A stretch of 60,381 bases of DNA from Octopus bimaculoides (GCF_001194135.2 NC_068994.1:56959849-57020229), one strand, 5' to 3'. Positions 25,180-38,060 are shown, numbered from the stretch's first letter. Notes: a model not told the origin generated them from the sequence alone. Numbers and translations: made by a program.

Positions 25180-25659
25180 TGAAAGATAGAGAAGGGAGGA
25201 GAGAGGGATAGAGAATGAGAGTGAGAGAGAGAGTAAGAGTGAAAGAGACAGAGACTAAGACCGTCTGAGACAGAGAGACAAACTGACAAATAAAGAAAAA
25301 GAATGAGGGACACATACACACGCATTATATATATATATGTACCCGCACATAAACATATAGGCCTACATACATATACATTTGTGAGAGATACCAGTCACGT
25401 GTTGACGCTGCAGACAAATAGTATATGTATGTATATAAGTATGTGTATGTATGTATGTATGTATGTATGTATGTATGTATATATGTATATACATATACAG
25501 CAAGAGAGAGAAAGAAAGTGAGAGAGACAGATAGAGAGGGAGAGATAGATATAAATATAGATAAACATACATGTAACCTACATTTACATGTGTCCATTTG
25601 TTTATATATATATATATATGTGTGTGTGTGTGAGTGTCCGTGCGTGTGTATCTGTGTGC

Positions 25660-25694
<35 letters not shown>

Positions 25695-25790
25695 AACACA
25701 CACAATCACACACAAACACACATATATATATACTGATATATATATATATATACACATAAACAGTCACGCAGACGCATAGACACAAGAAAG
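25180..25790. repeat. Compound (GA)n/(TATG)n/(TA)n/(TG)n/(CA)n microsatellites
   Basis: Direct reading; bounds approximate. Confidence 0.8.
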
Positions 25791-26347
25791 AATACGAAGA
25801 TAAATGGATGACTATAGCTAGTAGGTAAATAAAAATAATAATAATTCGTGAAAACAGGATAATTAAAGAACATAAAAAAGTACTGGAACTTAAAATATAA
25901 TGGAACTGAATTCTACAATCAGCATAAAATCTTCAGCTGAAGTGCTTTATTGAAGAGAGATACTCAAACAAAAGCGTCTGCGATTGTCGCAGCTTCTCTT
26001 TGGTTTCTCTGTTAGCGTTTCAATAGCTTAGCACAGCTTACATTGCAATTAGTTAAATGTGAAATGTTTGGTCTTGAAAATTCTTAACGGTGGACTATGC
26101 ACCAGATTTGGTAAGGAATGAACGAAAGTGCTGGAGTTGATTCAATTGAATGACACTCGTGTCTATTGAGAAAACCATTTTCTAGATGCTGGAAATACTA
26201 AAAGTAGCAAGCAAATTTTCTTTCATATATTAACATTCTACACGCTAAAAACTGAATACAGGGTGGGCCTAAAGTCACGCACAAAACTATTACTACTGAC
26301 ATAAATGTACATGATGAAAAATATATATATATATATTAATATTAATA

Positions 26348-26413
<66 letters not shown>

Positions 26414-26435
26414 GATTATGTGTGTTTGTCTGTTT

Positions 26436-26600
26436 CTCCAACATGGTTCTGGATTCAGTCCTACTGCATGGCACCTTGGGCAAGTGTCTTCTACTATAGC
26501 CTTGTGCCGACCAAAGCCTTGTGTGGATTTGGTAGACGGAAACTAAAACAAACTCGTCATACATACATATATGTGTGTGTGTATGTGTGTGTGTTTGTGT
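26436..26600 (+). mobile_element. SINE family B, 5' arm running into its internal microsatellite
   Basis: acatggttctggattcagtcctactgcatggcACCTTGGGCAAGTgtcttctactatagcc..gaccaaagccttgtg..gatttggtagacggaaact. ACCTTGGGCAAGT matches the start of the CORE domain of MIR-type CORE-SINEs. Confidence 0.85.
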
Positions 26601-27458
26601 GGTCAAATAAATAATTATGCTGTGTTACATCTAATTTGATGAAACAGCTTCTGGTAATGAACTTAGTTGGATGGATAAGGATTATGGTATTAAATATAGG
26701 ATTATGCCTCAGGTGATTTCAGAAAACGTCATGGGATTCTGTGATAATCACAGATTTATTTCGAAACAGTATTGATATCAATAATTGCAAAGATCGGTTT
26801 CACCTGATTTGTATCTTCGTCAAGTCTCTTATATCTGAGCCCCTTGAACTCCTCATTTCTCCACCCCCGGCCATGCGCAGCTACACCTCACGATGCTGGC
26901 TTTCCCGCTTTACAATATTTCCTCAACCACAATACTTATCTCTCACGTAGAATCTTCACTCCTCTCTACGTAGTGGAACTACTTACGCTTAACTGCTTCT
27001 CGAAAGAGAAATCCTTACCAGCAGGCCGCTGGGGGTGGATAGAGACACCACAATGAGTTCTATGTCGATTTGTCCGTTGCTTATATTGAAGAAAAGATCT
27101 AATCAATTTCAACGGCCCCAATTGACAATAAATTTGTGTTACGTATTGTGAAACGTAGTGAAATATTCCGTTGAAAGCTGCACAGGAATTTTAATCGTAT
27201 TTTGAATTTCACTGATGACGTGTCGTTGTGCTTTTTGTAAGCCAATATAATCTCACGATATTCTCACATAACTGTACCAGAATATACAGAAATCTTCCCT
27301 TTGAGAGGAAATTCACATGTTCACCGGGAAATTCAACTGTCAAGCTCCATCAGACGGTAATTCAGTACTGTGTGTCTTAAATTTTGGAGTCAAGTCAGAT
27401 TACACGAAATGTATGCTTTATTATGCCTGAGATTATACACTGTGTAGTGTATCGTTTA

Positions 27459-27662
27459 AGGCAGGGACCAGGAAGAATCGTTAGCGCTTCGGATAAAATC
27501 CTTAGTGACATTTCTTCCGGCTCTTTACGTTCTAAGTCCAAATCATGCTGAGGTCGAATCTGTCTTTCATCCCTTCGGGGTCGAGAAATAAAGTACCAAT
27601 GAAATATGGAGGTCAATTTGATCGACTTGTATGCCTCACCACCACCGAAAGAATTGTTGGTC
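27459..27662 (+). mobile_element. SINE family A
   Basis: gaagaatcgttagcgcttcggataaaatccttagtgacattt..tttacgttctaagtccaaatc..gaggtcgaatctgtctttcatcccttcggggtcgagaaataaagtacca..ggtcaatttgatcgactt. Confidence 0.82.
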
Positions 27663-28111
27663 TTCATCGCTGCGACGAACTGGTCTCCCATTTAGGGGGA
27701 ATGTTGTGATCTCATCACTTCCTCGCCATGGAAACGGACCTGCGAGTCCTAGAGCTCGAGAAGAATGTGTATTTTGAAACAAGTCACAGTGTATGTGACG
27801 TATACAATTGTTGTTATATATAACAAACTCTAATAACTCACGGTGGTTCCGCAAAAGACGTGGAATATTTCGATTAATGTCTGACATACATTCGCATTTC
27901 CATCGATATCAGACATATAGTCAACGCAAGCCATTTGCCAAAATATAAGTCTTTTCATAATTTTCTCACACTTAACTGAGCATTGGCACCAGAGATTTCT
28001 GTTTCAATGTTTCAAATAGATTGTATAAGGTTCTGTTTAATATAAAACATTTGCGATGCAAAGTTAGTTTTGAAATGACGACGCTTTGAACAGAACTTTG
28101 GCAATTAAATG

Positions 28112-28149
28112 TTATGCACATGCATACGTTTTATGCACATGCATACGTT
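28112..28149 (+). repeat. Perfect 19-bp tandem duplication TTATGCACATGCATACGTT x2
   Basis: Direct reading. Confidence 0.95.
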
Positions 28150-29090
28150 AGACACCAGTAATCTGTGCAATTGCTTATGTTACCAGCTAGTGATAAGTAC
28201 TTGTGGCTATTAAGGGCTTCATAATCTTTAGCAGGAACCCAGCTTATCCTCTGACTCTAACTATGAACTTACAATCCCCCAATCATTATGGCAATATTTT
28301 AATGATTTAAGCAACCGTCGTACGCTAGAAAATTTTATAACTTACTTATTAATGGCTGATAGTTTTCCAAAATCCTGTTGTTTACATTAAGCAGATTTGT
28401 TGCTGAGTAAATAACAGTTTCTTAATTAAGCATGAAACCTACTTAAGCAGAATTAAGTGGCTTGGCCACAAGTCCGAATAATTATCCGCTCCTTCATTGT
28501 ATCTCGGCAGTAGACTTTTGTAATTTTCTTAATTAAAAACGAAGCATTGTGCAAGTAGAATTAAGTGTCTTGCCTTGGGCTCCAACACGTCTCCTGCAAC
28601 AGAATATTTACCGACGATGTACGAGGTCATTATTTTATACCCACGAGGCATTTTGTTCATAACAAAATAAATAATAATTTATTTGCTCATGCAGAAAATC
28701 TAGTTTTAGTAGAACAAGGGTATATACAGTCGATTGGTTGCGTTATGGCACGTAGATTTGACTTTAGTCGCTAAGGACAACGTGGGCGGAGTTTAAACTA
28801 AATCTATATTAAAGTGCTGTCATGGTGCGTTTTCAATTTACGGTTTCGTTTCCTCCAGATTCTGCAAAGTGTTCCGCTAGGTGTATCACGAACGTCGAGT
28901 AAATTGATGAGAATGTGAAATGATGTGGTCAAAATATGATGCGAAATAATATTTCAGACATATATCTTCAGTCACTTCTGAATCACCCAACACAGCGAGA
29001 TGTCTATTGTTATTCATATCCAGCTAAAAAGGAAACTTAGGTTAATAGACCTCATGTTGTTTTATTCAAAACATTTAATGATATAGTAAT

Positions 29091-29176
29091 AGGCGTCGAG
29101 ATTAGCACGTCGGACAAAACGCTCGTCGGTATATCATCCGTCTTTACGTTCTGAGTTCAAATGTAGCTTGGATTTT
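29091..29176 (+). mobile_element. SINE family A, head-only fragment
   Basis: attagcacgtcggacaaaacgctcgtcggtatatcatccgtctttacgttctGAGTTCAAAT. Confidence 0.75.
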
Positions 29177-29250
29177 ACCCGTTCCACTCAGTCAATTTCA
29201 ATACACACACATACACGCTCGCACGCGCGCACACACACATATATATATAT

Positions 29251-29471
29251 ATTCTTTTACTTGTTTCAGTAATTTGACTGGGGCCATGATGGAGCACCGC
29301 CTTTTAGTTGAAGAAATCGACCCCTGGACTTATTCCTTGGAAGCCTGGTACTCATTCAATCAATAAATTTTGGCGAACCGAGTGGTTAAGGGGACGTAAA
29401 CGTACCAAGATCGATTTTCATGTGATGCTGAAGGGACAAACACTCAAATACACACACATACAATACGCACG

Positions 29472-29540
<69 letters not shown>

Positions 29541-29696
29541 GACAGGCTTCTTTCGGTTTCCGTCTACCAAATTCACTTACAAGGCTTTGGCCGGCCCGAG
29601 AGGTTATAGTAGAAAAGAACCTGTCGGAGGTGACACGCAATGGAAGTGAGCCCGAAACCATGTAGTTGAGAAGAAAGCTTCCTACCACACAGCCAT
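29251..29696 (-). mobile_element. SINE family B, full length, with an internal (CA)n(TA)n
   Basis: Minus strand: head tggctgtgtggtaggaagc..ggtttcgggctc, 5' arm ..gggccggccaaagccttgtaagtgaatttggtagacggaaacc, microsatellite 29450-29540, 3' arm ending ggcggtgctccatcatggccccagtcaaattactgaaacaagtaaaag. Confidence 0.88.
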
Positions 29697-31261
29697 GTAT
29701 AGATGGATACAGAAATAAATAAATAAATAAATAACATTGGTATTTAACATTTTCTTTTATATTGCAAAGACACTCATTTTCAGCGAGAAATATTTTCCTG
29801 AAGACACAAGCTTTGGACATGTTGTAAGGAGATGATAAACAGTCGCTTTCTTTACTCTCTAAAGTTGAGATTTTTTTCTCGTTGTGGATTACAAGGATCA
29901 CATGATCGAGAAATTGCTATTTTTCCACACACCTTTCACACACACACTCATATACGCACACATATATGCAATATAATTTACGTGCGTATGCATGTATGTG
30001 TGTGTGTGTGTGTGTGTATGCTTGTGCAATGTATATATATGAATATATCTAAGTTGGTATCACGAGAGCGAGGAGAAATAAAAGAACGAGATAACCACGC
30101 ATTCGTATGCAAGATGGCGTTGCATATATCTGTAGGCAGATGCGATTGAGAATATAACTCTACACATACGAGCAGCACAAACGTATAACATATCAGATAT
30201 TTAACAATCTGCATGTTTATATAAATATATATATATATATATATATGAATATATACATAGATGNNNNNNNNNNNNNNNNNNNNNNNNNNNNNNNNNNNNN
30301 NNNNNNNNNNNNNNNNNNNNNNNNNNNNNNNNNNNNNNNNNNNNNNNNNNNNNNNNNNNNNNNNNNNNNNNNNNNNNNNNNNNNNNNNNNNNNNNNNNNN
30401 NNNNNNNNNNNNNNNNNNNNNNNNNNNNNNNNNNNNNNNNNNNNNNNNNNNNNNNNNNNNNNNNNNNNNNNNNNNNNNNNNNNNNNNNNNNNNNNNNNNN
30501 NNNNNNNNNNNNNNNNNNNNNNNNNNNNNNNNNNNNNNNNNNNNNNNNNNNNNNNNNNNNNNNNNNNNNNNNNNNNNNNNNNNNNNNNNNNNNNNNNNNN
30601 NNNNNNNNNNNNNNNNNNNNNNNNNNNNNNNNNNNNNNNNNNNNNNNNNNNNNNNNNNNNNNNNNNNNNNNNNNNNNTGTGTGTGTGTGTGTGTGTGTGT
30701 GTGTAACAGTGACTGTTTTTATTCAACTTTACGATCGTTCTTTTTTTCATAAATATTATCCTACTTCCCATCATTATACATCTATACATACGTCTGCAGC
30801 AAATAACTCGTTATTTTCTTGTATTTTTTGTTTGTTTTTTTTTTTTTATTTTGAAATATTATATAGAGTGAATATAATAGAGATGTAGTGAATGGAAACA
30901 TTTTTTTTTTCAAACCATTATTCATGTTTTTTTTTTTTTTTGGTCTACTTTTTGTTGTTCTGTTCTGAGCATTGTCTAAGTCTCTGTAGTACGCTCGCTA
31001 GTACAGAATGTTACAAGTAAGCAAGCTAGCTGCTATTATTGCACTTTTGTAAGACAACTTTACCTATGAGAGAGAGAGTGTGAGAGAGTGTGAGAGTGTG
31101 TGAGAGGGTGAGGGAGTAGAGATAAAAATAGATAGAGAGATACAACGATAGATATATAGAGAAAACAGCAACAGAAAAAATGTCACAGAGGAGACAATAA
31201 GATATATTTATTACAATTCACTGGCTGCAGACAGTATTTGATACGCACACACACACACACG

Positions 31262-31318
<57 letters not shown>

Positions 31319-31409
31319 TTATGAATATATATATGCAAATATATATACATATATACGTAAATATACGCACATAACTATATATATTTACTATCTAATTAAA
31401 TATCTGCAT

Positions 31410-31486
<77 letters not shown>

Positions 31487-31622
31487 TATGTGCATAAATA
31501 AATACATACATACATCCATACGCGTCTATATGTATATGCATGTAGGTATGACGGTTATATATATATATATATATATTCAACTGATAGCCGGGTTTATCAG
31601 ATTTAAAATAATACAGCTACCG

Positions 31623-31650
31623 TAATAATACTACTAATAATAATAATAAC

Positions 31651-31700
<50 letters not shown>
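31623..31700. repeat. (TAA)n microsatellite
   Basis: Direct reading. Confidence 0.95.
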
Positions 31701-31702
<2 letters not shown>

Positions 31703-31714
31703 TTAATAATTATA

Positions 31715-31915
31715 TACCCTGATACAAACCCAGCAATGGTTCTCACCGCTTCTGATCTTAACTGATCGGAATTGTAATCTTGTACATGTTTTGTGTTGGT
31801 ATAAAAGATGGGCTACAGCAAATATTCTGCTCAATACCACGGATTTGCTTGTCAGTTGTTTGACCTTAACCAGTTGAGCATGTCCCTTAGGGGCCGATGA
31901 TATGAGCATGTCTGA
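31715..31915. mobile_element. Probable interspersed repeat fragment (single copy in this window)
   Basis: gtataaaagatgggctacagcaaatattctgctcaataccacggatttgcttgtcagttgtttgaccttaaccagttgagcatgtcccttag resembles an abundant octopus repeat as I remember it. There is no second in-window copy to confirm. Confidence 0.4.
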
Positions 31916-31971
31916 GAATGAGGAAGAAAAACCTGATTAATTCCGCTGTACACATCAACGCATACGACTGT

Positions 31972-32745
31972 TTAACCCTTTTGTATTCAGATTACTTTAT
32001 CATCTTTTCACATTCTTCTTAACTAATCACCAATTATTTTATAGCTTCAAGATTTCAATGGAGTATTTGTATATTTTTAGAATAACCTTGTAGGATATGT
32101 GTTGTTAATATTGTCAATGTTGTTGTTGTTGCTGACCACACTGCTGTAACTGCTTAACAGAACTGCTGGCAGGAGAGTTTGGTGTTGCGATAAAAAGTAG
32201 GTGTGCTCAATGCAGTCTGAATCGGAGATGATTTAAAGGAATGGTTGTGTTAAAGGGCAAAATTTTCTGCTTGACTTGCTAAATCACTGAGGCTTCCAAT
32301 GGGCCCCACACGAGGTGTTGTGCCCCATGGATCTTTACATTTTCGCAAATAATCATTCTCCAATCGGCTCCGATCAGCGAGAAGCATTATCAACCTCAGA
32401 GCCTGTGGTTGATAGTACCCAAGCTTGGCTTTTCCTTTATTTTGTCTAGGTGCCCTTTTAGTCTTACTGACTACTTCCACAGTGTATTCCTTTCTCTGAG
32501 GAGATTTCTTTGGTTCTGGATTATAAGGTAGAGCCAGTGTATTAGGTTCCCAGGTATTTCCACCATAAGTATCTTTGTGGTTCTCTGTTATTTTCTTGTG
32601 AGATTTTGATCATGTAGTCAACTCAGAATCATCCTCAGCATAGACAATGTCTTCAACAATTGGAGAATGTTTCTCAACTGGTTTAACATTAAAACAGGTC
32701 GAATACTTGGGCTGGATATGGCCGGATTACATGCTAAAGTTTTAG
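31972..32745. mobile_element. Putative TTAA-bounded (piggyBac-like) MITE interrupted by a ~570-bp insert
   Basis: Left end TTAAcccttttgtattcag; right end ..gctggatatggccggattacatgctaaagttttag. The ends match at 10/16 as inverted repeats and fit a remembered ttaaccctttagcat..atgctaaagggttaa MITE consensus. The arms are about 31972-32102 and 32675-32745. Not verifiable in-window. Confidence 0.45.
32250..32678 (-). pseudogene. Coding-like fragment of unknown origin (143 codon positions, one internal stop)
   Basis: VEKHSPIVEDIVYAEDDSELTT*SKSHKKITENHKDTYGGNTWEPNTLALPYNPEPKKSPQRKEYTVEVVSKTKRAPRQNKGK...GSLSDLASQAENFAL*. Internal TGA at 32610-32612; non-repetitive and more GC-rich than its flanks. 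No family recognised. Confidence 0.3.
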
Positions 32746-33949
32746 GTTATGTAAAATAGATACAGATGAATTTAAAAACCACATCGATTCCGCTGACCAG
32801 GGTTGTTACCAGTGTTTTAACGTTCACTACTAAATATTAATGAAATTTTAAGAGATGCTTTTTATAAAAAGAGAAACTAAAACCATAGTTTATCGGATAA
32901 AGTTATTATTTTTCTCCATGCTAGACTCTGAATCACACATTACAAGCGTGAGCCATCAATACTCTTGTTGTTGTCACACTGATTATATTTTAGCGCAACA
33001 TGTTCAGTTCATCAAAATGTTTCAGAATTTCTTGTCAGAATAATTTTTGTTTTGATTTTGTATTTTGTTTTTCATGATGAATGCATTTTTAGTTTTGTCT
33101 CATTGGAAAATTGCGTGAATAGCTAAAAACTTCACAGACACTAACTTTTTAGCATCAATGGCGTTTAATAAATGTAACATGATAATAATGAGGAAGAAAA
33201 TTAGACACTAAACATAGCCGTGTGATTAAGACATTCATTATGTTTTTTTTTTAACCACGGTTTTTAATTTGCATTTTAATATATTGATTAGGTCTGAAAG
33301 AATGGCATTGCCTATCACCCTCACCAGGCTGCCAGCACGTGGATACGATACCGATGCTGAAATTTGACAAATGTTTCCAATGGTTGTTTGGGGTTGAGGA
33401 ATGGCTACTGAGGAAAGTTGGTGAACGGAATATTTGCAGAAGCAAGTAATACACGCACGCACACACACACACACACCAAGTTATATTATTAGATATATAC
33501 ACACCCTCTCCATCCACTACAGGCACACAGACTCACCAGTGCGTGTGTTATTAATAGTAGCGTAATGACTCTGCCTAGACACAACAAAATGACAACAAGT
33601 TTTCCAGCAAACAGAATAAGCTCTGAATATTATCCATTCACTCATCCTTAATCATAACATATAGTGATTACTTATCAATGGAGAAACATTGCAAGACAAG
33701 GCTTATAATGACTGGAACACGGAGAAATGCTCAACTGGATAACAATTTGAAAGCATTTCGCGAGAGAGTATTTTAAAAGAAGTCTATACAGCGAATGTTA
33801 TTGTATACTGTGTAATGTTGAATATATTCGCTCGACTACAATGATTCATTTCGCTATTGTATCACTCTTGGAGGTTGATTATGCTAAATTTCATAGATAT
33901 CTGTACACATTATCAATGCATATGTGTTCATATATATGTATATAAAAAC

Positions 33950-34150
33950 ATACACTTAATCACTCACACACACACACGTACGTACGTACGAATTCATGTA
34001 CTCCCATACACAAACACACATGCACACACACACATGCACACACACACATGCACACACACACATATATATGCATACATATTCACACACACACACAAAACAC
34101 ACGTATGCACACCCATCATACATACACACACACACACACACACATACATA
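33950..34150. repeat. Degenerate (CA)n microsatellite block
   Basis: Direct reading. Confidence 0.85.
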
Positions 34151-34519
34151 GGTTGATATCGTCTATCGTACATTATTGAAACGAAATGAAAATCTGTTAT
34201 GACATGAGTAATTCAATATTCGACCGCAACTGCCTCACCACTGTTAAATATTCAAATTGAGGTATCCAGCTTACTTAACTCTCTAATATCTGTATATATA
34301 GAAGCAATATGCTTATAAGTAGTTAAATGTAATGCACAGCTGATGACGCTCATTGCAAAAAGCATAGCAACGTGCGTTATTATCCCCCCTTATCCTTTTA
34401 CTCTCCGCATAATTATTGGACAAATATATCATAACTTCTGTCGCAGCACTTAGTGTTAACTAAAAGTCGTATTGATATCTTCTATGGCACATTATTATGA
34501 TGAAACTAAGCACTAGTAA

Positions 34520-34573
34520 TCATCTATCTATCTATCTCTCTATCTATCTTTACCACACAGCCACGCCTATATA

Positions 34574-34632
<59 letters not shown>

Positions 34633-34805
34633 ACACAATGATACGTGGGTGTGTATATATCAACATATTTTGTTTCGTTGAAGTATGGATCTAAGAATAC
34701 ACACTCGAGCAAATAATTATATATACTACATGCGCACGCACGCACACATACACACAAACACACACACACATACACAAACACATACACACACATACACACA
34801 CATGA
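34520..34805. repeat. (TATC)n, (TG)n and (CA)n microsatellites
   Basis: Direct reading. Confidence 0.85.
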
Positions 34806-35453
34806 AGAGCACACCAAAAAATATCCACGACGCGTTGTTCTTTGAGAACCAACACTTTGCTCTGTCATTGTGATGGTGGATAAAATTGGAAATACTATTG
34901 GCGCCCTTAACAAAATCACAAGAGATCTACAGCTTAATAATTAAGCCAACAGGGAGATGTTGCTTCAATTTTCATAATGAATGATGTTTGATAAGATAGG
35001 AAAGCTCGCGTGTGCTACTTGGCAAACGATGAGAGTATTATTTTCGAGGTACTGATGTTGGATTCTTGGTGAACGTATGATCGTATGAAAGAGCGAGTGT
35101 GCGAGATAACTGAGTGAGAGAAAGCGTTAGAGAGAGATAATGTGTCAGCGAGTGAGTGAGTGACTGTTTTAGAGGGGAGAGTGGCCGCCAGTGAGTGAGT
35201 ACTTTTATGAATGGATCTGAGTATGTATCGGCGAAAAGGTGAGAGAAAGAGACAAGGAAACTGAATGAATTAACTTGAGCAGTGAATTTTTCTTTCGGGA
35301 GTNNNNNNNNNNNNNNNNNNNNNNNNNNNNNNNNNNNNNNNNNNNNNNNNNNNNNNNNNNNNNNNNNNNNNNNNNNNNNNNNNNNNNNNNNNNNNNNNNN
35401 NNNNNNNNNNNNNNNNNNNNNNNNNNNNNNNNNNGAGAGGGAGTGAGAGAGCG

Positions 35454-35516
<63 letters not shown>

Positions 35517-35700
35517 ATACTGCGTTTGTGAATGAAAGGAAGAGCGTCCGCGTGTCTCTGTAAATGCTTTTGTGAGTGAGTTCTAATAGCAATGTTTGTG
35601 AAAGACTGAGAAGGGAACCGTTTGAATCTGCGAGCGAGATTGTCAGCGTGTAAATATGTCAGGTCTATTGATTGCAATCGGTTAGCATATATATTCAGTT

Positions 35701-35899
35701 TTTCATTTACTTGTTGCAGTCATTTGGCGGCAGCCATGCTGGAGCACTGCCTTTAGTCGAACAAATCGACTCCAGCACTTACTCTTTGTAAGCCTAGTAC
35801 TTATGCAGTCACATTTGTCGAACCGCTACGTTACGGGACGTAAACACACCAACATCGGTTGTCAAGCAATGGTGGGGATACAAACACCGATACACAAAT

Positions 35900-35948
<49 letters not shown>

Positions 35949-36148
35949 ATATACGACGGGCTTCTTTCATATACATATATATATGCGATGAGCTTCTTTC
36001 AGTTTCCGTCTACCAAATACACGTACAAGGATTTCGTCGGCCCGAGGCTATAGTAGAAAACACTAACCGAAGGTGTCACATAGCAGGACCGAACCCGGAA
36101 CCGTATAGTTTGGAAACAAGCCTCGTACCACGCAGCCACACTGCGCCT
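35701..36148 (-). mobile_element. SINE family B, full length, with an internal (TA)n and a short internal duplication
   Basis: Collinear with 29251-29696. acgacgggcttctttc (35953-35968) is repeated as gcgatgagcttctttc (35985-36000). Confidence 0.9.
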
Positions 36149-36169
36149 ATACATATATGAATATACACC

Positions 36170-36410
36170 ATGTGATCGACCAGTCTATCGGATGTTGTTA
36201 TATATCGTAATGCCATTCACATCGTTTCAACTTTGGCATGACGCCTCCGTTCTGACCAGGTGAACGACTCATTTTCCTCCGATCGGAAGTCTAATCCATC
36301 GCAGGAGTAGAGGTGATCGAACTGCAGCAACATGAAATGAAGTTGTTTTGCTCAAGAACACAAGAATACAACAAGCAACCGGTCTGAGAATCAAGACAAC
36401 GAACTCCCGA
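36170..36410 (-). mobile_element. SINE with a family C-type core and another distinct tail, degenerate
   Basis: Minus strand ttgtgttcttgagcaaaacaacttcatttcatgttgctgcagttcgatcacc resembles the C core; the downstream cctgcgatggattag...aacaacatccgatagactggtcgatcac is unlike the other C tails. Confidence 0.6.
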
Positions 36411-36466
36411 ATATAACACGCCTAAGGTCACGTGACACCCCAATGTCACGTACTTTCAAACATGTA

Positions 36467-36729
36467 CAATGATCCCTCGACTATCGCGAGTATTACGTTC
36501 CAAAATACCCCGTGATAAGTGAAAATCCGCGAAGTAGAAACAATATTGCATTGTATATTTTTTTAGAATTATTCTTATTAATTTGTAATTATATATTTTA
36601 CTATAAATGCAAAACAACACCCCGGAGGAATCGACGTAAGCTTGGTGAATCATGATAGGTGAACCGCGATTGGTGATACATGATAGGTGAACTGCGATTG
36701 GTGAACCGTAATATGGGGAAGGATTACTG
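36467..36729. mobile_element. Tigger/pogo-like (Tc1/mariner superfamily) MITE with a TA target duplication
   Basis: TA|caatgatccctcgactatcgcg...ggaaggattactg|TA; terminal 12 bp are 9/12 inverted-identical. The start resembles MER2/Tigger-type ends (cagt..tccctcg..tatc.gcg..gttcca..accccc). Internal 28-bp tandem duplication at 36651-36706. Confidence 0.7.
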
Positions 36730-37394
36730 TACATATAAGCCACAAAAATTATGATATTTATATTCTTCACCGAACAGTCTTCTTTGCTTTGTTTTTTGTG
36801 GATGGAAGTGTTGTTGTAGAACGTATTTTATCCCCTCAACCAACTCACCGGCATTTATATTAAATACTTTCCTATCACACCAATGTGACTAACACAAACT
36901 ATACAAAATCTTTCATGGCTTTCAATCTTGATCGGCGCAATATCATGCTGAAAAAGAATGTAAGAAAGTCATATTTAAATTAAATATTTGACTTCTTCTC
37001 AAACACGTTATTGACTGATATTTATGTTTAAACAATCTAAAAATACGTAAACTTTCCATCCGCTTCAATATCACTCATGGCTGGTAAATGTATAATTACT
37101 TCAAGTGATTAATCTCTTGTTTTTAATTTAATTATTCAATAATATGTCACAGTTGAAATGTAAAAGGAATCACTCTTGAATGCATATTGCCAGGAAATAG
37201 AAATTAAGACATTTTATTGTGTAGACTAATTAAGAAACCGTCCGAGCAATGTCTTTGTCAAATGAGGCGTTCGAGCCTGGCTTCATGTGATTGGCGTTTA
37301 TGTTACAAACGAATGAAATGGTTATTAGACGTACGCTACACAAACACACACATATATAGATACATACATGCATACAAATATATATATATATATA

Positions 37395-37427
<33 letters not shown>

Positions 37428-37676
37428 NNNNNNNNNNNNNNNNNNNNNNNNNNNNNNNNNNNNNNNNNNNNNNNNNNNNNNNNNNNNNNNNNNNNNNNNN
37501 NNNNNNNNNNNNNNNNNNNNNNNNNNNNNNNNNNNNNNNNNNNNNNNNNNNNNNNNNNNNNNNNNNNNNNNNNNNNNNNNNNNNNNNNNNNNNNNNNNNN
37601 NNNNNNNNNNNNNNNNNNNNNNNNNNNNNNNNNNNNNNNNNNNNNNNNNNNNNNNNNNNNNNNNNNNNNNNNNNNN

Positions 37677-37717
<41 letters not shown>

Positions 37718-38060
37718 TTTATATATGTGAGTGTGTGTGTGTATGTGTAAGTATGTATATATGCATATGTATGTAAGTGTGTATGTACGTATACATACAT
37801 TAGCACAAATACATGCAGAACACACTGATATGTACATAGACCATATAGATACATGAAATACTGGACTCAGCACATCTTATAATCTCCATATTCAGCCAAC
37901 GTTTCTTGTTATGCGTATAACCCACTGATACTTATATATGCTTCACCATAAAACCACACACTGGAATGTAATAAAACCCAGAAAGAGATCCTCCCTCAAA
38001 ATTGATATAACTCAAACACAAATTCCGTATAATGAGAAATAAAGAATAATATTGCAGCAT

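Noticed and set aside
26267-26300. Tc1/mariner-like end TA-CAGGGTGGGCC (and TA-CAGGGTGTTC at about 42056)
   Set aside because: No matching opposite terminal repeat found nearby.
33291-33450. Candidate exon (plus strand GLKEWHCLSPSPGCQHVDTIPMLKFDKCFQWLFGVEEWLLRK; minus frames also open)
   Set aside because: Short and open on both strands, with no recognisable family and no linkable partner exons.
36427-36454. Perfect GTCACGTGAC (CLEAR/USF E-box) with an adjacent small hairpin
   Set aside because: A single motif wedged between transposon remnants with no promoter context; noticed post hoc.
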